NCBI RefSeq assembly: GCF_000143415.4
Contig: NW_003314327.1
Coordinates: 393,725-457,724, forward strand
From: Selaginella moellendorffii
Lineage: Eukaryota > Plantae > Lycopodiophyta
Direction of reading: 5' to 3'
DNA: 64,000 nucleotides
Shown here: piece after piece, positions 54,445 through 64,000 of the stretch
Numbering within the stretch: position 1 is the stretch's first letter
Layout of the letters: the number at the start of each line of letters is the position of its first letter
The notes under the pieces: generated by a model
The model's database searches: none
Told to the model about the DNA's origin: nothing
Seen by the model: only the letters and a program-made list of their open reading frames with translations
Made by a program: the position numbers and the translations under genes

Positions 54445-55760
54445 ATGAATTTCTTGCGATTGCTTTCCTTGTTCCTGGAGCTCTTTGCTGCCTTTGTTCT
54501 CACAGATGTGTGGAGATGTGGTGGTGGACATGGGGCAAGGCAATGCTCACAGAAGAAACCAAGCCTTACTATTTCTCCTCCAAGAGGTAGCGGTAGCTTC
54601 CGCTCCCTCGAATTTTTTCTTCTTGCTTTCTTGTGTGGTTATTCCTTCTCTAAGCGGCTGGCTGGCTGGCTGGCTGGCTGGCCATCTTTTTGATCCTCTT
54701 GTTGGATTGCTGGTTTCTTCCAGGGGGCCATTTCGAAAGCGATGGAGGCGACGGCGGACCCAGCAGCAATGGGAGGAATGTTTCGGGGATGAAGGCCGCA
54801 TCTCGAATAACAGCACCGAAAAGCTCATTCACAAAGTTCGCTGGGGGGTGAGTTCTTTCTTTGTTTTACCAGTTTTTCCAGTGTTCTAGACTTGTCTCAA
54901 GGATGAACTGTGATGTGCGTCGTGACAGTGCATAGAGCGGAATTCGAGCTCAAGTGTGGCCATTATGTGAGTGTTAGAAAACCTTTCATACGTTCAAACT
55001 TTCAAACTTTTTCATACCTTCTATCAGATACGAGGTTGAGAGGTTGATAGCACCGAGGCAGAAAGAAAGGTAACGAGCAAGTTTCCGAAGGTCCCATACG
55101 CACTAAAAACTAAACTTTGCTTGGAAACTCGCCTGCAGGAAGGAATACGAAAATCACTCACGTCCAGAAGAGAAGGAGAGCATGGCATGGAAGAACAAGC
55201 AGAAGAAGAAGAACACAAACTCATGCCATTCTCCGAGAGCCAGATCGAAGCATTCAGCAGCATCGACGACAGCAGCGCGTTCTGGAAGAAAGGACCCTAG
55301 GCAGTGGGCGACATAGTTACCTGGCAGAGGATCATCCGCCTGGACGCCGTCCGGATGAACGCCGAGTGGGTTCCATAGACTAACGTGAGCGACGAGGAGA
55401 CGTTCCAAAGTAGCCCGCAACGCCGCCAGGCTCGTCTCCATCCTCGAGGCCTACGCGCTCTACGATCCGGACACGGGCTACTGCCAGGGATGAGTGACTT
55501 GCTCTCGCCGTTCGTGGCGTTCATGGACAACGGCGCGGCACAGCTTCCGGCTGGGCATCCTGCGGCAGCTAAACGGGACCTCGGATATCATCAAGGTGGC
55601 GGGCCTGAGCACCTGGTGCCTCCGTGCTGTTCCGGTGACGTTCGAGCAGACGATATACCTGTGGGAGGTGATATCGGCCGAGTCCCGGAAGAAGAAGAAG
55701 AATTTCTCGGGCTGCTGGCTCACAGACGAAGTAGCTATGAGTTTTGGAGAGACGCGGCTA
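54445..55760 (+). pseudogene. Rab-GAP/TBC-domain (Gyp1-like) pseudogene
   Basis: QQWEECFGDEGR...KVR, WQRIIRLDAVRMNAEWVP, RLVSILEAYALYDPDTGYCQGMSDLLSPF, TFEQTIYLWEVI spread over different frames with deletions and stops. Confidence 0.8.
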
Positions 55761-55883
55761 CGCCTGTCGCCGACGCTGCCGGGGCGCTTGTCCGGGGCGA
55801 CCTCGGCGTTTGGTCACGTAAAGCTCATTTCTTGGGGGGTAATGCTATATAAAAAGAACTACGTAGGGCAAGGTTTTGTGGGC

Positions 55884-56339
55884 ATGGCACCAAAGGGCTC
55901 AGGAAAGCGAGACAAGGTTCGTGTCATGGCGCCAACGTGGGCACCGGTAAAAGGCGCAGGCGGGCGATGTGGACAAGCCATATGGGCAGTTGCTCGGGAC
56001 TGGCCACTGCTACTGCCAAAGGGATCAGTGGCAGAGGCTAGAGGGAATAAGGTTGAAAAGGCCATGGATTTGGGTAATATGGGTGTGAAGCTCAAGAACG
56101 AGAGTGAAGAGAGTGAGAGCGAGAGTGAACAGAGTGAGAGCGAGAGTTCTAGCGACGAGGACATTGACGAGGATGCCAAACTCCTCAAGGAGCTTGACAG
56201 ATTGCATGCCGAAAAGGAGCACACAGAGGAGCACAAAGAGGAGAAAACAGAGGAGCAATCAGTGCCAAGTATCCCTTTGATACTTATGCCCAAACACTGT
56301 GGCAAAGATTTAGCCACAGGGTATAAATTGTGTAAATAA
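55884..56339 (+). pseudogene. Cwc15/Cwf15-like diverged or truncated ORF
   Basis: APTWAPVKG resembles Cwc15 N-terminal RPTWAPAKG; acidic tract followed by LLKELDRLHAEKE resembles LLAELERIKKER; conserved C-terminus absent. Confidence 0.5.
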
Positions 56340-59095
56340 ATAGCCTTTTCGAACCTAATGGGAACACTGCTGGTTTACGACTATTCACTAAAATTCTCCA
56401 ACCCAACTCACTTAACAATGTGACAACTTTTTTTTTATACTAGGACTTGCTCCAGGTCACTCTAGCTCACTAAAGACTTCCTCAAGACTTCCAGCACACT
56501 TTTGGATCATTGTGTTTTTACAGTTCATCAAGAACAACTCCAAGATTCCATTTGTTGGTCTCATGATAAAGTTGTCATTGTCAATATCACTAGCCAAGTG
56601 TTGGGCATTCAACAATATTGAGGGTTATATGTTAGTGAAGAGGCATTTCTTTTGAATTGGGATGAAGTCAAACATTGAGAAATATATACAACATATATGT
56701 GGTTGTTTGACTTATTAGGCAATTGAAGTATCATTTGCATCTTCTTTTGCCTCTATAACAATAGTTTTTGTATAGTGATGTTATCTCATTTTCGTATTAT
56801 TTTAACGTAGTCATCCAACTTTGTCAAATACTAGTTTTTGTTAACTTTGGACTAACATTGGGTGTTAAAGTAAATTTACAACATGATTTGCTTATAACTG
56901 ATTACAAGGTATATTATGGATGAATTTCTGTGTGCTAAAGCTCTTTTTTGGTACCACACGAAAACAAGTAAAAGAAGAATAAAAAAAGGAAGAAAAAAGT
57001 AAATGCAACTAAATTAATTAAACCTAAGCACCCTACCTAACAACTTAGTTACTGTAGTGCAAGGTGCTACCTTAAAAACATCTCAGTCATTGGTGCCTTC
57101 AAGGTTGTAAAAGACCTTGACTAGCTTTTGTCGTTTAAACCATTGTGATTTGATTTTATCATAGACAAAAGACATATTTGTTGGAATTTGAATCTATGCA
57201 TTATAATTGTTAGTGGAGGTGAAAGTTCTAAACATGTTTGAAATCATTAGCGACATATAATATTTTATGCTTTGTTCATTTAAGTCAACTAAAGAAATAA
57301 TTGCAGCAACACTACAAAATGAGGCCTCAGTGGTGGGAACTCACAAACCAAGGAAGAGGTGATTAACATATCTATGAGACCTTCTATAGAACTTTGGGTT
57401 TTTCATTTAACATTGAAATGTTACACATAAAACCACTTACTACGTAAGAATAAATTGCCAAGAAATCTATAGTATGTTGGGAGAGAAAATTAGTGGGAGA
57501 GAGAAGTGGTTCCAAAGTGAACATCACCAATGTCTGTAAAGTCAATGTTAAGGAAAGATAAGGATCCAATCTTAAATGGTTTGTTGCGAAACTTGTAATA
57601 AGTTTCATAGTAGAAGTTGTTGACTACTACATAAAAACTATAAGTCCACAATACAATCCATCAAGCAATGGCCACTAGATTCAAAGAGGCCATCGGTAAT
57701 CACACTCCATAAATTATTTTGTAAGATATCACAAATTTAATGTTTAGCTGTGAAAAAACTAATGAGAAATGAGAATATAAAGTAAATCAAGATTGACTAC
57801 CTATGAGTAGCTGTAGAAGTAGATGTACTTGGAGTGGCAGATGTTTAGCTAAGTTGAATAAAAGGAAAGTTTGTTTTACTCCCATACAATTCTTGTGCTA
57901 CAGAATGCCATCCTATTATATGGTAAGTATGTAAACAAATTTAACATACCTATGAAAACATATAATAGGTGTTTATAGTTAAAAGAAGCATTAAAAGGCA
58001 AATAAAATGATAGAACATACCACTAATGTTATATGCACTACTAATATTTACATCTACTGCAGTTTTATGTTTTTTATAAAATAAATTATATGATAGATAA
58101 AAACTATTAGATACCAACAATGTCGTCCATCATTGGCTGGTGATACAAGGAAGACACTCTCAAGCCAAGGTTATTCTTGTTGACTTTGTTCTCAACCAAG
58201 GCTTTTAGAAGTAAATTTGATCCTATTGGATATATAGTAAGGCAAAGCAAGTATCTATAAAAACTTTGTAACATTGTGTTAACAGTACATCAAAAGATAT
58301 TAAGCAAGTGTTTAAACATCTTATAATGTAGTTGAAGATATAGTAATTTAATGGGGAGCACAATAGCATTCCTAGTATTTAATATGTCCTTTGTTTGCTT
58401 CTATTATAACAATGTAATGGTAGAGATGCAAACTCTAATAGCACACTTGACAATAGTGGTATACACTATTATTATGTTTATTTTGATAATTTTTGACTGT
58501 CTATGACTAACATTGATATTATTTTCAATAAATCCTTCTTCAAGATGAGCAAGTGTGTTTAGAAGCTGTGTAATTACTATAATATTATGTAGAATTAGAT
58601 AAAGCTTTTATTTTAAAAGATCAAGAACATATTAGTTGTAGATTTAAAAACTTACTATAGACATTCCTGATATGACATATAGGATTGTCTATTTTTTGAA
58701 TGTGTGACAAAGTAGAGAGATAGTTAATTGTATTGCTGCTTGAGGACAAAAGTGTGCAATCAATTCTTGGAGCATGAATAAAAAGACAAGGAATATTTAA
58801 TGCACACACAATCAACTTATAATGTGGAGCCAATACATGTGTAAATTGTGACACATTGCATGGAAGTACCAGAATAAATTATATAGCTTGTCTATAGGGT
58901 ATAAAATGGTATTTGTAGAAATATAATATTATAAAAATACAACTAATAAATCTATATTTTACACTAAAACAATGATGTTAAAAAAAAAAACACACGACAC
59001 CACTACATAAAATATGCAATGCTATATTTGAAAGTGTGAAAACCTTTCACCCTTTCAATTGTGTTTTTGTTTTTGCCAACCACTTCTTCATGGAA

Positions 59096-59300
59096 TGAAG
59101 TCCACCTTATATACCTTGTGGCAATCATAAGCACACCATCCATTGCCTGCCTAATATGGGAGTTTGGGTTCTAAAGTTTATTGTGAGATTCTCCTTGATA
59201 TGAAGTCCACCTTTTATGCCTAATGGCAATCATGAGCACACCATCCATTGCCTGCCCAATATAAGAGTTTGGGTTATAGAGTTTATTTTGAGGTTCTCCT
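59096..59300. repeat. Two tandem copies of a ~106-bp unit
   Basis: tgaagtccacctt...gcacaccatccattgcctgcc...gtttatt.tgag.ttctcct at 59096 and 59202. Confidence 0.85.
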
Positions 59301-62182
59301 CTCCCACATCACATCAAAGGGAGTGAGAGCTTGATTCCTCAGCAAAAATGGTACTCCCTTGTAACCATGTCCAAGCCAAGTCTATGCAAAGAGTTTTAAG
59401 AAAATCTCCCAACATTGCAAAATGAATAAACCTCACCTACTTTTGTGTTGGGGAGAAAATTTTCCTGAGAGATGGCTCTTAGTATTGAATTGTGATCAGC
59501 CATTGAGATCCACAAGAGGAAATTATGCTAGGTAGTAAATGATCTTGATTCCTAAGATAAAAATCTCCAAACTGCTATGATTGAAGGTCAAGATCACTTA
59601 TGGTTAAGTATGGAATTAAAATTAGTTCTCCCCTATTGAATTCCCTACTCTTACAAGAAGTGTTCTGTGTCAATGAGAAGAGCCACTCAAAAACATAAAT
59701 GGCTAAACACATCAGCTCACTCACTTCTGATCTATCAACTTGCTGCTCATGCTAGTTAAGAGCTAAGTAAGCAATAAAGCCCTACACTGCACATATGGTA
59801 CAATTGTCAATTCCCCTTCTTCCCTCCCGACTGCTGTACCCACCATTAATTAGGGGTTAAAACATCCATCTGATTTTTCTTGAAACCATGTCTTCTGAGG
59901 CTATCCCACACTTACAGCTGTAGGAGGCTGGGGTCTTTGTTTTTATTAGAATAAATTATTTTCAGCCAATTATTGTAAGCACTTATCAATCTTATTTGTC
60001 TTTATTTAATCTCATTAGATTATAAATTAATTAGAGAAAAATTGTAAACAAAAAGTCCAAGAATCCCTTAGTGGTCGTAGAAGGCAACAAAGTGATGGCA
60101 AAGAATAGCTTGTGCTCTTCTTTTTTCATTTAGATGACTTGCCCCAACTTGTCCATAACTCAGTTTTCTGGCTAATATCAAGCGCAAGATGGAAGAGATA
60201 CTCCAAAGTGTAAACCCATCCAATAAGAAACCAAGTAGGAAAGGTTTGAGCGCCCCCCCCCCCCCCCCCCCCCACCCCAACCAACTTGACCAGTATTTCC
60301 ACAACTATAGTGATGACAAAATTTTGCTTTGGGTAGTCAAAGGCTTCTTGGAGCCAATCATCCAAGAAAGCATGCACTAGCCTTCTTTTGAAAGGTTTTA
60401 AAACAGATAAAAAGGTAAATAGTATCAACTCTACTATGGCATGTTGGTTTTGCAAAGATCATGTTTTATGCTCATAATCATCCTTAAAGTCAGAGAGCTC
60501 TTACATGCCTTCAATCCCCACGATGACGCTAATATTATGCCATACTGTGTAAGCTGCAAGCTTCTTAGCATTAGTCTAGTTTCTAAAGCTAAATCTAAAA
60601 ACAAAAAATGAGAGTTTGCTTTTGTTGAAGAGAAAACAATTTAGAAAGATATAAAGGGAATTTCTAAGACAAAAAAAGGAAACAAAGATGATATATAACT
60701 CAAGGAAGAAAACTCCCATCTAAAGGCCCACTCAATTGGTTGTAGAACAAAGAAGGCAAGAGTGTAAAGATGCTCATAATTAGATATCTTGTAGTGACCA
60801 TATACAAAATTTAACCTTTTAATGGTATAAGATTCATAGTGATTGTCAATATGGAGAGAATCAGTTCTTGGAGCACTATATGTGTCTTTTCCATTTGTTT
60901 AGCAATGGCACAAATAAATTGTCCTATGCAAACAAGAATGTTGTACAAAAGAGTGTGAACTCAACTATCAGTAGAAACACTTGTCTCTAGCAATTAACTT
61001 GCCTATAAAGAACCAAAGTTAATGCCAATTGTTCAAGCACAAAACAAAATAACATTTTACAACTATGGCCTTGCATTCTCTATTGGCTTTCTCTCTTCAA
61101 GATATATTTTGTACATACAACTCTCAATCTAGATAATAGTTGGAAAAGATATAAATGCAATTTGTGTTAAGCTAACACTATCTCCTAAATCTAGTTCAAG
61201 TTTTGTATTCAACTGGAGTGAAAAAAAGGCTTGCAAGCTGGAACAATAATAATATCTTTTTTTTGTCAAAATACTTTTGTTGATGCATATTATCCATGCA
61301 AAAATCTTTCCATGCTTTTTTTGACTTGCATTTCAAAAATCTATTCCTAGTGAATTCAATTCTATGAAGAATGTTAGTGTTAACCTTGAATGCAAGAGCT
61401 AAGGGTGAACATATATAAGATATTAATATGCTTGATAGATTGAATTTGTGAGGTAGAAAACTCCATTTGAAGAGAAGTCTAAATTTATTCTCATAAGGTG
61501 GATGTCATCCTGCTAAAAACTTCCTTTTCATAATTACAATTTTGTATTATAATATAATTCCATAAAGTTGTCATAGATCATATTAGGCTTGTTTTAACAC
61601 TACATCCTCTATATATCTAGAGGGAAAATCCATAAACTAAAGAACACTCATTCATTTTAAAAACTTGATCATTGGTCAAATTGATTTCTGTATGCCAATC
61701 CTAACCTCTATATTGATCTAGACTTGTGCTTTTTGCACATGGAAGCTTTGGAGATGAGCTGGTAATTTCATAATAATAACTTTGATATTAAATTTATGTT
61801 ATCTACTTTTTCCAACTACATTAGGATCCTATTTACCTGTCCTTCCAAGAGTCTTTAGAGTGTTTGGCAGCTTTTACTTGTATCTATACCTTTTTGGTCT
61901 TGCTCTAATTGTTTCTCCACTAACAATAATTTGGCTCCATGATATTGTCTCTTGAGATAATTTTAAAGTCCTTAAAGCATATACCATAACTCTAGTTGAA
62001 GTTGTTGCTATATCTGTTATATCATTTAGAATTTTAATTCTATATCTCAACTATATCCTTCTCCCAAAAGTGCAACTTAAAAAATACTTATCTAAAAAGA
62101 ATAATAGATTTTCAAGAGATGTGATTAGCACATAATGAACTGTCAAAACTTCAATATCCTTTTTTTATTACAACTAGTAAGA

Positions 62183-63055
62183 TGTTGCAAATGTGACTTC
62201 GGGTATCAAGAAATATTTATTGGCAAGTCCTTACAAACATTTTCTCTTTACTACCATAACGCCAGGAAGTCGGTATTGCTAGTTCCTTTTATGGTCTTTG
62301 CCCAAGCTTGTTGAGAAATTGGCCAGCATATATGCACTTAGATCGGAAGGGCATTAAAGAAGGAAATCATAAGTTGTCATTAAGTCAAACATACTTGATA
62401 TGGTGATGAGAAATTTATATTGTTGGCTCGCACTTGTTAGCGTTAGGAACCCCTATGATATTAAGTCTAGTCATTATATAGTAGTTTATTATGTCTGCCA
62501 AACACCCTCGTTATCATGCCCTATATGTTGGTCCCATTCAATTCCACTGGCTATTTATGGAAGGTGTTTAAATATGTTAGTTGGGCATATCTAGTGAATG
62601 TAGAGATTATCCTAAACATAATAGTGTTGTTTCTATTTCCAAATTCACAATTTAACATCATTTTATATTTAGTAGATTTCACATTTATCCTAGAGACTAA
62701 CTCTTGGTATTAAGGGGGGGTGGGGGGATCTGAGAGGTTCCAAGTGTATAATAGGGATAATGGGATAGGTCATGCCTAACCAATTTAAGGCATAGTTTAG
62801 TTTCTACTTGTGTGTTTGTGTTTGTTCTGCACCTAACTTGGGTTTAAGCCCAAATTTTATACCATGGTAACTAATGGAATATTTATATCCTCTTGTGTTA
62901 AACCACCAGGATGCTAAAATAGCATTAAACTTTGTTTGGCTCTATTTTGCATATTAATCTTAGCATTGGGATGTAAGATGCTCTAGAACCGTTCTTATGT
63001 CATTTTATACTTCTGTCCTTTCACTTTTTGGGCTAAACGCTTAGAAGTCACTACG
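62183..63055. mobile_element. Decayed, truncated copy of the 35181-36328 LTR family
   Basis: Colinear similarity (atgtgacttcgggtatc, gtctgccaaacaccctcg, gagactaactc, aagcccaa) with many C>T/G>A changes. Confidence 0.8.
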
Positions 63056-63389
63056 TGCATTTTAAAATTCTTTTATCAACCCTTCCTATAAACAAGCAAG
63101 CCACATAATTGCCTTCTTTGATTTTTCATATGTATCTATCAAAGTTTTCAGAGATATAAAAAAATAGAGAAATAGTGATAAGAAGATTTGAGCTCTTAGG
63201 TGATACCATTCACTTGATTCCTCTAATATTCTCAAGAAATTTCCTTAAATTTTCAAGTACACATGAATAAGAAAGAACCCACTTAAATCTATTATCATAA
63301 ACAAATAAGGATTTTTAAATTCTCAATAAAATTAAGTAAAAAACCCACTTCAAATCTCTAATGAAATTTTAAATCAAAAACAGAAAAAT

Positions 63390-63790
63390 GGTTTAAATTT
63401 ACAATAAAAATTATATAAACTTTCTAGATTCTTATGACTTTTAAAATCCTACAACATAGAAAATTGGAACCACTTTAAAAACATTTAACTATGAAGCCCT
63501 ACATTTAAATAGTTGCAATTAGAACTAACTAAATATAACTGATATATATACAGTACTTATATTGCCAAACTTCATTCTTATTTTTATTTCTAGATTTCTA
63601 CTTAATTTTTAATGTAAATGTAAAATTTTTTACACTTTAAAATTTTTTTCAACCTTTCTAGATTTCAATATAAAAATAAAATTCCTTGGAACCAATTTAA
63701 AAATATATATCTATAAAACCTTCATTTAAATAAGTATAATTTTTCAAATTAAATATAGCTAGTATATATATAGTACTCATGTTGGCCAAA
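63390..63790. repeat. AT-rich imperfect tandem duplication (~220-bp period)
   Basis: ttctagatt...ttggaacca.tttaaaa...catttaaata...atatata..gtact.at recurs at ~63422 and ~63656. Confidence 0.6.
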
Positions 63791-64000
63791 CATCTTGATG
63801 CATTCATATTTATTTTATATTCTCTTTTTATGTTTGAATTCTTTCTTAAATCATTAAAATCCAAAATACAAACTCTTATTATATAATGATGAAATGAATA
63901 TAGAGTAGAATATCTTTATAAAGTCAATATTATGTATAAGAGATCCTAATTCACCATTAAAGTGTATAAATGCTAAAGAAGCATTATTAGCCTTCCACAT

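Noticed and set aside
56400-62150. Short ORFs in the AT-rich tail
   Set aside because: No recognisable domains or splice structure; consistent with heavily decayed repeats

Overview
Eukaryotic land-plant genomic DNA. Compact genes with mostly 45-110 nt introns suggest the lycophyte Selaginella (inference, not verified). The first ~21 kb is gene-dense: a SANT/Myb-domain gene, a plastid-type GIY-YIG (GrxS16-N-like) gene, an intronless Exo70, an uncharacterised plastid-type protein, the DECD-box helicase UAP56, an IQ67-domain protein and an RBOH NADPH oxidase, plus an Exo70 fragment and a decayed Cys-rich ORF. 21-25 kb holds a frameshifted TKI1-like pseudogene. 28-50.5 kb is a nest of LTR retroelements: an old copia carrying a TRIM-like insert and a younger copy of its own family (LTRs only ~87 bp), which in turn carries a solo LTR; abutting it is a second copia family carrying a chromodomain gypsy with a 100-N gap. 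50.5-56.3 kb is a cluster of broken gene fragments (RPN9-like, helicase-C-like, TBC Rab-GAP, Cwc15-like). The last ~7.5 kb is AT-rich decayed repeat. No CRISPR, rRNA or complete tRNA was seen. All family assignments are from remembered motifs; no searches were run.
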